Positions 19,826-30,374 are shown, counted from the stretch's first letter. The stretch is DNA of 64,000 nt from an uncultured virus (IMG/VR IMGVR_UViG_3300028920_000031) (IMGVR_UViG_3300028920_000031), one strand, 5' to 3'. Notes: generated by a model from the letters alone, not told the origin. Program-made: numbers and translations.

Positions 19826-21589
19826 TCAAACGATCCTCCCCATGTTCACCACGACCCCCTTCGGAAGACCCTGTCTGACCTGACGGCCCACTGCCGCCCA
19901 AGACGCTCCCGCAAGACAATCCGCAAGATCGTCGGTGGGGAAGTCGGATTTTTCGTCCTTGTTGATGGACACCCCCCTCATGGTCGGCCTGAACTTTAGG
20001 TTGACAAGCTCGCCGTAGAGCATGTCATCATGATACAGCCACAGCTCGTCCCTGTTCATCAGGTCTTCGAGATTCTGGAAATATACCGCCTTCGCCCCCC
20101 TGCTGAACGACATCTGTCTGACATAAAGACCCTTGCTCTTGACAAAATCGATGCTGTGCACCGAATTCCAGGTGTCATACGTAACTGACAGCGGCCTGAA
20201 CCTGCGACAGATCTCCACGACTTCGGTGTCGATCGACTTGAAATCCAGCGCCCCGGTGCTAGTGGGCTTCCAAAGCTGATGATAGGCAAGACAGACGCGC
20301 CATCGCTTTTCGCCGCGATTCGTCACATACCTGGCCCTGTAGACTATGACCAGCGCGTAATTGTCACGGGTGGCGGCGGGATCCAGATGGGCAAAATACT
20401 CCATTTGGCGGTCGCCAACGCTTTGCATGAACATGAACGGTTTCACCGCGTTATCGACCATGTCTCTGGCAAAATATGTTTTCAGAACGCCGCGGGCGTT
20501 CCACATCGAACCGTATTCTATGGCAAATGCGTCCGGATCTCTAGCCCGCTCCTGCGCCATAAAATCGCAGTTGTAGGAAAGATCGGGATTGATATCCCAG
20601 GTAGCCAGCCTAAACGAGAGAACTCCCTTGAACTCGTCTTCTTCGCTCTGTCCATTTCGCCAGATCTCATAAAATATTCCGCTCGGAGCATCCACCGACG
20701 AAATCTCCACTAGGCGACCATCGCCAAAATCGTGAAATTTGCCGACCGACGGTTTCAAGGCATTGTAAAATCCGCTACCCGACACTTTCGGATTTTCATC
20801 ATAGAATGCCAGCTCGTCGAACAAAATCGCAATGGCCGAATATCCGCGCAGAGTGTCGGGATTCGAATGGCCGCAAACCAATACGATTGAACCTTCTACC
20901 GAAAGATTCGCTTCCTGAGATTCGCGCTTCTCTAGGTCGACATCAGTAAATAGACGAATCATTGAAGCGGTGGCGTCTCCGTCCACGCGGCCATTGAAAA
21001 ACGGGCCGTTTCGAATTCTGGCCTTAATCTGGGAAAAGAGGCGATTGGCCTGATTCTGGGAGTTGGCCACATTAATGATGGCAATTTCCTCGTCTACAGG
21101 AATGCCGTAGAACTCGTAGGGATCGCCAAGCTTGATCAGTTTGTAGGCTTCATAGGCAACGATGATCGAGGTCATGATTGTCTTGGACGATCTGCGGCCA
21201 AGAGCTAGATGCAGTTCATGGAAAACAAAATTGACCTCCCCCGGATTGCATCCGTCCCTCATCTTTTTCAGGCGCCTGATGACATTGTCTAGCTGCTTGT
21301 CGTACAGCCATTGCCATTCTTCGTCCGTCAATTCCAGGTGCTCATTGCCCCTGGTCCCCATGTAAAAAACCTTAAGAATCGCCCGCTGACCAACCCACAA
21401 GATGAACTTGTTGCCAGGAAGATTAAGAAGAGAGGGGGAATTGCAAAACGTGATAATGTCGACTATTCCGGAGTCGTTCTCGCTTTCGAATTCCTCGGAA
21501 AGGCCGTGTGCCTTCCGCACATTTTCCAATTGCCGGAAAATATCTCCGGCCGGTGCAGAGGCGTCCTTCTGTTTCGGCTTGCCTCGCAT
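19826..21589 (-). CDS. terL: Terminase large subunit
   Basis: Walker A LGRRSSKT, Walker B ILFDELAF, nuclease motifs HLDPA and DDLADCLA. Confidence 0.88.
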   Translation of the reverse strand: MRGKPKQKDASAPAGDIFRQLENVRKAHGLSEEFESENDSGIVDIITFCNSPSLLNLPGNKFILWVGQRAILKVFYMGTRGNEHLELTDEEWQWLYDKQLDNVIRRLKKMRDGCNPGEVNFVFHELHLALGRRSSKTIMTSIIVAYEAYKLIKLGDPYEFYGIPVDEEIAIINVANSQNQANRLFSQIKARIRNGPFFNGRVDGDATASMIRLFTDVDLEKRESQEANLSVEGSIVLVCGHSNPDTLRGYSAIAILFDELAFYDENPKVSGSGFYNALKPSVGKFHDFGDGRLVEISSVDAPSGIFYEIWRNGQSEEDEFKGVLSFRLATWDINPDLSYNCDFMAQERARDPDAFAIEYGSMWNARGVLKTYFARDMVDNAVKPFMFMQSVGDRQMEYFAHLDPAATRDNYALVIVYRARYVTNRGEKRWRVCLAYHQLWKPTSTGALDFKSIDTEVVEICRRFRPLSVTYDTWNSVHSIDFVKSKGLYVRQMSFSRGAKAVYFQNLEDLMNRDELWLYHDDMLYGELVNLKFRPTMRGVSINKDEKSDFPTDDLADCLAGASWAAVGRQVRQGLPKGVVVNMGRIV

Positions 21590-21591
21590 TG

Positions 21592-22938
21592 CTAAGGTCT
21601 CCCGAGGTAGACCTCCACGTCGTCGTCCGTTAGCCAGACCTCTGTCTCTAGGCCCGTTTCGTACTCGAGCATGACGGGAAATTCAATATGGTCGTTTCTC
21701 ACGACAATTTGGGCGGGGTCGACAGTTCCGGCCATGCCCTCGTATTTTGACCCCGGCCGCACCACCTTGACCAGAGCCGACTCGGCGATATCCTTTGCGT
21801 TGCTGATCAGCGCGTCCTTCATCCGCGCCGCGTAAGAAGCCTCCCTGAACGGACAAAACTTCATGTCGCAGGACCTGCATCTGGTTCTTTTGCCGCCGCG
21901 CGGCTCGGCGGTCATCATCATTCGGCGGCGAGACCCGTCTGTCGGAAACGCCTCAAAGCAATGCCTGTCAGAGTTCGTTTCGCATCCCGGAGGCGTTCTG
22001 GGTAGCACCACCATGGACGAACCTAGCGGTTTCCAATGACCAATGGCCGACATCGACGGTCTAATCATGTCTTCAAAATGGTCGTACGACATGACAGAAA
22101 TTCCGTTCAGCGGATATATGCCGCGAAATGTCAGGTCATCACCGGTAATCACGCACGCGCGCCTGTCGCCATTCCGCTCGCGAAAAGTCACAATACAACA
22201 GCCGTCGGATTCCGAAATATCATCAAAAGTCAGCTCGCCCATGCCCGAAGCGGCCGCGGCCGCCTTGGCATAGTGAACCACCATTTCTGCGGCAAGCGCG
22301 GCCATCTCTTGGGAGCCAGCATATTTTTTGGCGCCCGCGGACGCCGCTCGCTGAATATTGATGAATGCCGGAAACTTTTCCTTGAGCAACCCCTGCAATT
22401 CCCGCATCATGTCGCGAACAGTCAGCAACTCGACAGATGCTTCGTTGCTGACGCTCTCCAAATCTGGATCCTCTTCAAGCTCTTCGGATTCCAGATCCTC
22501 CGTCGTGCTTTTTTCTATTTCATTGACCAGCATGTCTATTTGCTTTCCAGGCCCCGCCGCATCGTCGAGCATTTTATCCAGTGTCGGAACCGTCACATGC
22601 AACTCGTTATAAGTCTCGTTGTCGCTGTCGGCTAAGATGTCCGCATAGAGTTCGGAACAAAATTCGTAGAAATTTCTGTATTTATCGACAAGCTCGGCCT
22701 TGATCTCGTCCATGTCCACTAGATCAGCCAAGGAAGCAACGACGGAAACGTTTCTCCTCACCATCTCTGAGGCCGCCATCATGGCCGTTTTCGGCGATGA
22801 ATACGTCCCATACTCGCCGACAAACACGGGATGAGGTTTCTCCGACCTGAAAACGGGGATGCCCGAACCTGTCTCGATGACAAACACATACCGTTTGCCG
22901 CGCTTCACGATTCTTGCATTGGCAGCAACTCTTTCCAT
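21592..22938 (-). CDS. Hypothetical protein (C-terminal KOW/SH3-like segment)
   Basis: 448-aa ORF in operon; VKVVRPGSKYEGMAGTV. Confidence 0.65.
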   Translation of the reverse strand: MERVAANARIVKRGKRYVFVIETGSGIPVFRSEKPHPVFVGEYGTYSSPKTAMMAASEMVRRNVSVVASLADLVDMDEIKAELVDKYRNFYEFCSELYADILADSDNETYNELHVTVPTLDKMLDDAAGPGKQIDMLVNEIEKSTTEDLESEELEEDPDLESVSNEASVELLTVRDMMRELQGLLKEKFPAFINIQRAASAGAKKYAGSQEMAALAAEMVVHYAKAAAAASGMGELTFDDISESDGCCIVTFRERNGDRRACVITGDDLTFRGIYPLNGISVMSYDHFEDMIRPSMSAIGHWKPLGSSMVVLPRTPPGCETNSDRHCFEAFPTDGSRRRMMMTAEPRGGKRTRCRSCDMKFCPFREASYAARMKDALISNAKDIAESALVKVVRPGSKYEGMAGTVDPAQIVVRNDHIEFPVMLEYETGLETEVWLTDDDVEVYLGRP

Positions 22939-23726
22939 GTCATCTCTCTTACTTCCGCGGCGTCCAATATTCCTTTTGGCGAGACAGGCACGCTACGGCC
23001 TCTAACGTATACTCCGCGATCCGCCAGCTTAATCGTGAGAAGAGACCTGTGCAGACACAACGTCGGAATCCCCGCTATGCCCGAAAGATGCGTGACCATA
23101 CTGTCCGACCCCACAACCAGAGAGCTTGCCGCTATTGCGTCAAGGGTCTCGCTAATCGGCACTCCGCGCTTATCCTCGTCAATCCAAGCCTCGCACGGAT
23201 CGTTTTTCGTGCCCAGGCAAATGCACCTCCATGCGGGCCCAAAAGGACGATTCGGAATGCGAATTGCACGCCTCTCGTCCGACGCCCCGAAATGAAACGC
23301 AGCCACCTTGCCGCAAACGGAATGTTTCACGGCGGCCTCTGGCATTGACGGAACAACAGACAGCTCCTGAGTCAGTCCGCCCGCATACGCCATGCAGGAC
23401 GCTATATGTTCAGAAGGCACGGCAGACAGGCAACAGTTGACGTAGCGGTCGTATCCCGGATACCTTTTGCTAAGAAACCGGTCCGACCAAGAAGCCACAA
23501 AGCTCCCGGATACCGCTTCGTCCCTGGCAGGACAATAAGCGGTCTCGCCGACTACTTTTCCGACAGGCATTCCGATAGCCGCCAACGCGTTTGCCACCGG
23601 GACATATTGCGAACGCACTAGCAAGTCGGGATTTTCTCCGATGTCCCGGGCCACAAGTCTTGCGGCAAACATGGACATTACAACATCCCCTCCCCTTCCG
23701 CACGACGTCATCAAGGTTTTCATCAA
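22905..23726 (-). CDS. GT9-like glycosyltransferase
   Basis: GRGGDVVMS; LVVGSDSMVTHLSGIAGIPTLCL. Confidence 0.7.
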   Translation of the reverse strand: MMKTLMTSCGRGGDVVMSMFAARLVARDIGENPDLLVRSQYVPVANALAAIGMPVGKVVGETAYCPARDEAVSGSFVASWSDRFLSKRYPGYDRYVNCCLSAVPSEHIASCMAYAGGLTQELSVVPSMPEAAVKHSVCGKVAAFHFGASDERRAIRIPNRPFGPAWRCICLGTKNDPCEAWIDEDKRGVPISETLDAIAASSLVVGSDSMVTHLSGIAGIPTLCLHRSLLTIKLADRGVYVRGRSVPVSPKGILDAAEVREMTWKELLPMQES

Positions 23727-24199
23727 AGTTCCTGAAAAAGCTTACCACCTTCAAAAGTGAATACGGCAAGCTCGCGACGCTCGTTTTTGTGCAGGGCGAC
23801 AATGCCCTCTTTGCCCATTTCAGATATCAGCCATTCTCGCGAGGGTTCTACGTGGAAATCGGTAGCTATCACGATGCCGCCTTCAACCACGGCGCTTTCA
23901 ACAGACATGTACATCGCAAGAACGAATTGCTCCTGAGAACACGGAACAAGAACCAAATCGTATTTCCTCTCAACCTTGGCCTTTAAGAGAGGCTCATTCC
24001 TGATCACGATGCCGTCGGGCAGATCCTGAGGCGGCTCGACGCCGTCAGTCACTATCTCAAGCCTGGCATCCGCTAGCGAACCCATGAGAGACCTGCAGGC
24101 ATCGCCGCCGTCCCAGCCAAGCTGAATGGCGTTTATGGAGATGTCAGTACCGAGAATGCTACGGGCCACAGGACCCACAAATAGCGGGTTTCTACTCAT
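23723..24199 (-). CDS. Hypothetical protein
   Basis: 158-aa ORF with ATGA overlap to the next gene. Confidence 0.6.
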   Translation of the reverse strand: MSRNPLFVGPVARSILGTDISINAIQLGWDGGDACRSLMGSLADARLEIVTDGVEPPQDLPDGIVIRNEPLLKAKVERKYDLVLVPCSQEQFVLAMYMSVESAVVEGGIVIATDFHVEPSREWLISEMGKEGIVALHKNERRELAVFTFEGGKLFQEL

Positions 24200-24231
24200 A
24201 TTGATTCCAATTGGCGGAAGAAAAAGCCAGG

Positions 24232-24990
24232 CTACTTAATGTACTTCCTGTAGATTTCCTCATCTTCCTGCCTTTGTCGCGACGCTTCCTTGGAGCTGAA
24301 GGAGCGACATCCGCCCTTTTGAGCATAAAGATGCCATGCAATGGCTCGGACACAGACATAGTTCTGATATCCCCTTCTCAGATATTCCGTCGAAAAAATC
24401 GTATCCTCCCTATGCGAAATCGGCGACAGCCTTTCATCGTGGCGAATGCCAGGATCGCGACGATAGAGCATTAGCCCCCTGACAGTCCGGGCCGGAATTA
24501 CGTCGGGGGCATGAGGAGGATAGATAGAGAGCTGCTGATCTTCCCAGCCCGGCGTCGAAACATCTCCGAAAATTTCCGGCCACGAATCTCTGATCTTCAC
24601 GCCGTCCCTGACAAACGGAAACACCATTCCTATACATCCGGCATCGGGATATTCCTCGCCGGCGGAAGAAAGACGGCCTATACAGTCCGCATCGCAATAA
24701 TGATCGTCGTCGAACTTCGCCACCATGCCGGAAGACGCCATGTCGCAAGCGACGTTTCTCGATATTGCAAGGCCCAATCTGGATTCGTTCTTGTGCACCG
24801 TGACGGGAATGTCCCTTTCATCAAGGGCGGCTATTGCTTTCTGCACCTCGCAATTTTCAAGGCATGGCTTGTCGCCGTCGTCCACAATCATGATTTCGAA
24901 ATCGGCATGGGTCTGAGCCCAGAGAGAGGTCAGCAATCTCCAAAGATATGCATGCCTGTCGCACGTATTTATGCAAACGCTTATGAACAT
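24232..24990 (-). CDS. GT2 glycosyltransferase
   Basis: ISVCINTCDR, EIMIVDDG, GLAISRN, KFDDD, REDT. Confidence 0.85.
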   Translation of the reverse strand: MFISVCINTCDRHAYLWRLLTSLWAQTHADFEIMIVDDGDKPCLENCEVQKAIAALDERDIPVTVHKNESRLGLAISRNVACDMASSGMVAKFDDDHYCDADCIGRLSSAGEEYPDAGCIGMVFPFVRDGVKIRDSWPEIFGDVSTPGWEDQQLSIYPPHAPDVIPARTVRGLMLYRRDPGIRHDERLSPISHREDTIFSTEYLRRGYQNYVCVRAIAWHLYAQKGGCRSFSSKEASRQRQEDEEIYRKYIK

Positions 24991-24994
24991 TTTT

Positions 24995-25699
24995 TCAGCA
25001 CGGGCTGAAACCGTGTTTTTTCTTGAATTTGGCAGTATTCGGACCCCTTCCTTCCCGCATGGCCTTTGTGCCCGTGCAAGCATGCTGAAGATGCCTCACA
25101 ACAGCAAGCTTATGGGCCACAATATGGGCGCCGGCAACATGGGCCCGATAGGCGAATTCGACATCTTCAAATCCCCACGCGCCGTTGAAATCCTCGTCAA
25201 AACGGCCAATCGCCAGCCACAATTTCTTCGACATCGCGACATTTCCTCCATAGGCGGCCATCCAACCTATTGAACAACAATCTTTGCCGTTCAGCCACCT
25301 TTCCCTATGATCCGGCGCTACAAGGCTGACGCCCTTTTTGTCGTAGAAATGCGTAAATCCCACCGACAAAGACTTTTTCTGCTGGGAGAATACGGCATCG
25401 TGGCCCTCAAAATATCGCGCTTCGGGAACACAATCGGCGTCAAGAAGCACCACCCGTTCATTTTCTGCGGCCTCGATCCCCCTGTTGCGAACTGAATTAA
25501 GCCTGTAGTCGCCAGGCTTCTCCATGACTAGAATCTTGTCGAAAAAACTCGATTTCTTAGCCCATTTCAGCGTTCCGTCCGTGGAAAGATCGTCACTCAG
25601 AATGTATTCGTGGTCGCCCCCAATTTTTTGCAAGGCCGCCACGACAAGCTCCAAAGAGCCCAACTTGTTAAAGCTGCATATGACGACACTATAGCTCAC
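24995..25699 (-). CDS. GT2 glycosyltransferase
   Basis: YSVVICSFN, LSDDLSTD, LLDADC, FDEDFNGAWGFEDVEF. Confidence 0.88.
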   Translation of the reverse strand: MSYSVVICSFNKLGSLELVVAALQKIGGDHEYILSDDLSTDGTLKWAKKSSFFDKILVMEKPGDYRLNSVRNRGIEAAENERVVLLDADCVPEARYFEGHDAVFSQQKKSLSVGFTHFYDKKGVSLVAPDHRERWLNGKDCCSIGWMAAYGGNVAMSKKLWLAIGRFDEDFNGAWGFEDVEFAYRAHVAGAHIVAHKLAVVRHLQHACTGTKAMREGRGPNTAKFKKKHGFSPC

Positions 25700-26505
25700 G
25701 GCAAGGCCTCTGCAGGCAATTTGTATTCCACCATGCCGATAAGTCTTTCAACGCCGGCAGGATAGTCGGAAAAAGTGCCGTTCGCGTCAAAGCCGGCCGC
25801 ATACTGGTCTGCAGCCAAGTTCTGCTTCGCCCGCTCCGCACTGGCTTGATAGTCGCGCCGCCCGGCATACAACTTGGCGTGCTCTATCGATTTGACGTCG
25901 CAATTTTTCGGGAAGACCCATCCGAGATGGTAAATGGGCTTCGGTCCGAGACCGGCGGGACACGTCGGAGCTATCGCGCCCGTAAAGGTCCAGGCATCGC
26001 CGAGGAACTTGATCCGGCGATCGTTTTTGACCATGCGAATGGCCTCGTCATATGCCTGACCGGGAGGCAGCGGCTCCCATGCATGGATGAAATGGGCAAA
26101 TCTGAAACTTACGGAGTTGAACTCCTCTGAGTGGTTGTCGGCTATGTCCCTGACATAGTCAAAATTTTTCTCGTGAAGCACCTCGTCAGCCTGCAGATAA
26201 TACACCCATTCCCGTTCGCATCTCCTGAAGTTGATGGCAGACATGGCGGCGATAACCTCTCCGCAACCGCTCCGATGCCTGTTCCAGTCGTCCAAGTAAA
26301 GTCTGAACTTGGCTTGATCCTCGTGCATCTCGATGAATTTTTTGAGCACGTCCAAGGTGCCGTCGTCGGAGTAGCCGTCGCTGATCACTACCTCGTCGGC
26401 GAAAGAAAGACATGATTTCAGGGATTCCCAGAAGGGATACCCCTGTCGAATGCCATTCTTGATGACAAAGCATACCGAAATGCCAGGCTCATGACTGTCG
26501 CTCAT
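25696..26505 (-). CDS. GT2-like glycosyltransferase
   Basis: ISVCFVIKN, DEVVISDGYSDDGT, YYLQADEVLHE, IYHLGW; ATGA overlap. Confidence 0.85.
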   Translation of the reverse strand: MSDSHEPGISVCFVIKNGIRQGYPFWESLKSCLSFADEVVISDGYSDDGTLDVLKKFIEMHEDQAKFRLYLDDWNRHRSGCGEVIAAMSAINFRRCEREWVYYLQADEVLHEKNFDYVRDIADNHSEEFNSVSFRFAHFIHAWEPLPPGQAYDEAIRMVKNDRRIKFLGDAWTFTGAIAPTCPAGLGPKPIYHLGWVFPKNCDVKSIEHAKLYAGRRDYQASAERAKQNLAADQYAAGFDANGTFSDYPAGVERLIGMVEYKLPAEALP

Positions 26506-27185
26506 GAAATGTATCCTTTTTGAATGTATGGCGAGGAACACGCAACACGTCCGAGAAACCGCTTCAATGATGCAGGAACTGCCTGCTCGTGTTCTTGTCC
26601 GAACGGATAAGGCGGCATTGTGCCGCCAAAGGGGTCCGCCGACGAAAAGGCCATAAGCAGTTTCCATATTGGCTTCGGATTCAATTCCATTGGAGCTATT
26701 CTGCTGTCCGGCAAAAAAAACCTTGTTCCGTCGTATGCCATGAAATTTATCGACTGGCTATTCACAAGCCTGATGTCTCTGTAGCCTCCGACTCCATGCT
26801 CCGAAGAGGCATACCAGCTAGCAAACACCACATGCACGGGAACGGCCGCTCCGTCGAAGCTATTGCCATGGTAACGGACCAAATCCCAGAGATAATGCAT
26901 GCTGTCTTCGTGCACCACCTCGTCCCCGAACACGAGCGCGACCCACTCGCTGTCAATCTCGGCAGTCTCCAAAACGTCGGCAACATCATAAAACTTCTCG
27001 ACGCGCAGCTTTCTCTTCACCCTTGAAAACTCCGCCACTGTCTTTTCGGCGTGCAACGGCATCCCCAAATCGCACACCGTCAGATCCTCAGAGAGGCGAC
27101 AACAGGATTCCAGACATTCCCATACAGGCGCGTGAAAGCAAGCCTCGGATCCCAGCATGACCAGCGATGTCAGCCTGTTCGTCAC
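26502..27185 (-). CDS. Degenerate GT2-like paralogue of the adjacent gene
   Basis: PVWECLESC, WVALVFGDEVVHE and PKPIW match PFWESLKSC, WVYYLQADEVLHE and PKPIY; GTGA overlap. Confidence 0.6.
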   Translation of the reverse strand: MTNRLTSLVMLGSEACFHAPVWECLESCCRLSEDLTVCDLGMPLHAEKTVAEFSRVKRKLRVEKFYDVADVLETAEIDSEWVALVFGDEVVHEDSMHYLWDLVRYHGNSFDGAAVPVHVVFASWYASSEHGVGGYRDIRLVNSQSINFMAYDGTRFFLPDSRIAPMELNPKPIWKLLMAFSSADPFGGTMPPYPFGQEHEQAVPASLKRFLGRVACSSPYIQKGYIS

Positions 27186-28405
27186 ATCTTCTCCAGCTTC
27201 TCCGAGACTCTCTTGCAACCCGATTCAAGCAACGTACGAAGCCTGAATGCCGCACCGGAACAGTCGGAAAATCCCTCGTTTTCAAGGTCCAGACACAAAG
27301 TCGCCGCCTCGTCGACGAAATCGGAATCGCGAAAAGCGAGCTTGACTCCCCTCAATATTCTCAGCATTTCCTGACGCCAAGTTTCAGAAGGCGAAATCTT
27401 CTTGTTGGCAAGCGACACCAGCCTGTCAAGGGGGTATTCATTGATGATCATGGGGCTGTGCGTCGTAAATATGATCTGCGAGTCGGGAAAGCACTGTTCG
27501 ATGCACTCAACCAGTGAAACGTGCCTGTCCACCTCGACATGCATTTCGACGTTGTCGATAAGAATTATCGAGGGGATGACTTCCTTGTTGAGCACGGTCG
27601 TGAAACTTTTCAAAATCTTTCGTTCGCCGTCGCTGCACTGCCTCTCGGAAATGGTCTCGTGCGGTTTCCGGATCGCAAGCCCCAGCACAAATTCGTCGAT
27701 ACAGGCCAGATGGCGATTCTCGCGACGGCCCTTGGCTTCATCGGACATTTCCCCGTCGTGCTTCTCCACGGGAAATCCGGTCACTGCTTCGAAAAGCTTC
27801 TTGAATACAAGCCATCGATCCTTTCGCAACTGAAATTTCTGCAACTCCTGGTCGTATTTCGTGACGAAGCATTGTTTCGGGAGAGCGACCTTGACCTCTG
27901 GCGGATGGTCGTGCTTTAGCCCCGCAACTGTAGCGTCCAACCCGGGCCGCGAAGGCGGCCGCCAACGATACAGCTCGGGATCGTTGCTGACCACGACCGT
28001 GTAATCGTCGCCGTTCTCGGTGATGAACCAGCCCTCGACCTTCCAAGTTTCCGTAGCGGAAGACCTGAAATCGTCTCTGGCGATGTTCTCCGCCTCTATG
28101 ACCATGGGAGAATCGCTGTCAGGCAAATCGGAAGCCACCTCTCCCGCCACATCGGGATTGTCCACGTTTCGAACATACCGTTGCAAGGATGTCGCAAGTC
28201 TCTGGCGGTCGTAGCCGGCAAAGTTGCGGAAAAGCAGTCCGATAGCATCCTGCATCGTCGACTTTCCGCTACCGTTCGGGCCGAAAAGCCCGACCATCCG
28301 CTTGACGTTGCCGTCGGTCCCCATTAGATTGAACAGGTAATCCTCATAGGATTTGAAGTTGGTCAGCCTGACCGAAATCAAGCGCGTCCTTACAAATGCC
28401 GCCAT
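27182..28405 (-). CDS. ABC-type (AAA_15/AAA_21/SMC-like) ATPase
   Basis: LTNFKSY, GPNGSGKST, signature SDGE, Walker B IILIDNVE, H-loop TTHSP. Confidence 0.85.
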   Translation of the reverse strand: MAAFVRTRLISVRLTNFKSYEDYLFNLMGTDGNVKRMVGLFGPNGSGKSTMQDAIGLLFRNFAGYDRQRLATSLQRYVRNVDNPDVAGEVASDLPDSDSPMVIEAENIARDDFRSSATETWKVEGWFITENGDDYTVVVSNDPELYRWRPPSRPGLDATVAGLKHDHPPEVKVALPKQCFVTKYDQELQKFQLRKDRWLVFKKLFEAVTGFPVEKHDGEMSDEAKGRRENRHLACIDEFVLGLAIRKPHETISERQCSDGERKILKSFTTVLNKEVIPSIILIDNVEMHVEVDRHVSLVECIEQCFPDSQIIFTTHSPMIINEYPLDRLVSLANKKISPSETWRQEMLRILRGVKLAFRDSDFVDEAATLCLDLENEGFSDCSGAAFRLRTLLESGCKRVSEKLEKM

Positions 28406-28839
28406 TACTGTCCTCCAGAAGCTATTTTGTTCACCATGCCCACGAAAATCTCGTACAGAAGACTGCTGTGAAAGACCATGCTGACCGATTTCCCGTTGCA
28501 GCCGATTCCCCAGTGAAGATGGTCGTAGGCCAGAACTTTTTCATTGTACTCGTCGTCGCTGAGCCCCATGAAGAATTCGAAAAAGCAACTCAAATTTCTC
28601 CTGATTATCGTCTCCCCAATCGAATCGCAGATGAATGTCCCCGTCTCCTGCATCAGAGAGGAACACCCGCCGACCTCCTGTCTAAGCTCTTTGTCGGAAA
28701 GATCGGACAGGGGAAAGGAAAAAGTCACTCTCCCCCTGTCGTCCAGCCCGTGGAATTTGATGTGCATGCTGTTCTTGTCCACGAAAAGCAGATGGCTCAG
28801 CAACCTCTCTCCCATCATTTTTCCCTTCTTGCTCGTCAA
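28405..28839 (-). CDS. Hypothetical protein
   Basis: 144-aa ORF, AGGAGG RBS, TTG start. Confidence 0.6.
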   Translation of the reverse strand: MTSKKGKMMGERLLSHLLFVDKNSMHIKFHGLDDRGRVTFSFPLSDLSDKELRQEVGGCSSLMQETGTFICDSIGETIIRRNLSCFFEFFMGLSDDEYNEKVLAYDHLHWGIGCNGKSVSMVFHSSLLYEIFVGMVNKIASGGQ

Positions 28840-28870
28840 ACTTGCGGCCTCCTGTTCTTCGTCATTTCAG

Positions 28871-28883
28871 ATTATACAACATC
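28871..28883 (-). promoter_or_regulatory. GATGTTGTATAAT promoter-like motif; identical copy at 10852-10864
   Basis: 13-bp identical sequence upstream of the two leftward operons that contain glycosyltransferases. Confidence 0.6.
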
Positions 28884-29194
28884 CCCTCTGCCGTACGCCC
28901 CTTCCCCGTTTCCCAGGACGATTCGTCTGTTTCGCGCGCGTGCGTACGTTGTATGGATATATCCCTGTATAAGATACACTCCTAAAAAAAGAAGAATGTA
29001 TCATACATACAGCGTAGTGTGCGGGCGCCCTCGCGCGCGAGATTCTGTTTTTTGAATGGATAATTGTTTGTTTACAAATGCGTTATGTAAAATTAATCTT
29101 GAAAATGGAGGCAAAAATTAACTGTAGACTTGTTGAAATAACGGGGGAGATAACTGTAATTTCGGCAAAATCGCGTAAAATGCGGTTTTCGGAC

Positions 29195-29222
29195 TTGAAT
29201 TCTTGATGTTGTGCTGTAAGTT
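29195..29222 (+). promoter_or_regulatory. sigma70-like promoter TTGAAT-N16-TAAGTT
   Basis: Same CTTGA-led architecture and 16-nt spacer as five other sites. Confidence 0.5.
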
Positions 29223-29252
29223 TGTTTCGACAGAATCGAAATTGTAAGGAGC

Positions 29253-30374
29253 ATGTCGATGAGTTTTGAAAAGGGACCGATGAATTTTGTGGCTCTTGTT
29301 GCTTCGCAGGAAATCTCCGATGATTTTGAATCCTCGATTTTTCAAGAAAGCTATTCCGATGGTCGGCTCGGTCTCGGCGTTCCTGAGACTGATTTCACTT
29401 CGGGCGTGTCGCTTGCTCCGCTCGGACGGGATGCCACTCTCGACGACTTCAAGTTCGGACAGTTGACCTATTTTGCCTGTCGGAAACGAGAACTGAAAAT
29501 TGACACTGGTACGATGCGGGAACGCATCGAGAGAGCGGTTTATGATGAAATAGCTAGGACTGGAGCTGTTTCTTCGAAAAGGAAAAAGGAACTCAAGGAA
29601 ATGGTGGTTGACGCTCTCGAAGATACTGCTCAAGAAAGAGTTTCTGGGAATCGCGTGGTTATGGCGCCAAACAGGCGTTGGCTCTACACCGATGCCGTTT
29701 CGAATGCCAAGCTTGTCGAGCTTATCGATTCTATCTGTGTTGTAGTGCCTCTCAACGCCTATGGCAAGATCGAACCTTATTGTCCCGAATTTGCATACCG
29801 CATGGCAACCGGCAAAAATGAAAGCGAATACAGTCCTTTCAGGATTGGCGGCATGCCTGTGGTGGAAGGCATCGGATGCGATTTTCTGACATGGCTTTTC
29901 ATGGCCTCCGAAGAATCGAATATCTGTACGGCGCAGGTTGCTCTCCCCGGAAACATTGAAATGGTCGATTGCCGCGAAACGGTCACCGGCGCCAAAGCCG
30001 TTGTTCTGAAAGAAGGACAGCCGTCTACGGGACGTGAAGTGGCCGTATGCCTGAAAGCTGGAAAGAAAGTGGTTGGAGCCGATTTTATGTTCGAGTTTGA
30101 CGGCATCGGCTACGAAGTGGCTGTGACAAGCGACTTTGCTTTCAAGAAGCTCAAGGTTGTGGATATGGAAGCTTCAACGGATGTTGTGGCGAATTTTCTT
30201 GATCGCGTAACCGCCATCGGAAAATTTATGCACGCTTTCAACGAGTTGTTCAAGGAATTCGCCGCGGTGTCGGATCGCCTGGAAACTCTCGTAAATGGCT
30301 GGATTCGCACAAAAGAGACAGCGTCGTTTCTTGACGAAGTCGACAAGGAAAAGGGAGCCGTCCAATCAGGCTAG
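29253..30374 (+). CDS. rdgC: RdgC-like recombination-associated protein
   Basis: FACRKRELKI, KRKKELKEMV, GCDFLTWLF, EVAVCLKAGKKV resemble RdgC family motifs; AAGGAG RBS. Confidence 0.65.
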   Translation: MSMSFEKGPMNFVALVASQEISDDFESSIFQESYSDGRLGLGVPETDFTSGVSLAPLGRDATLDDFKFGQLTYFACRKRELKIDTGTMRERIERAVYDEIARTGAVSSKRKKELKEMVVDALEDTAQERVSGNRVVMAPNRRWLYTDAVSNAKLVELIDSICVVVPLNAYGKIEPYCPEFAYRMATGKNESEYSPFRIGGMPVVEGIGCDFLTWLFMASEESNICTAQVALPGNIEMVDCRETVTGAKAVVLKEGQPSTGREVAVCLKAGKKVVGADFMFEFDGIGYEVAVTSDFAFKKLKVVDMEASTDVVANFLDRVTAIGKFMHAFNELFKEFAAVSDRLETLVNGWIRTKETASFLDEVDKEKGAVQSG

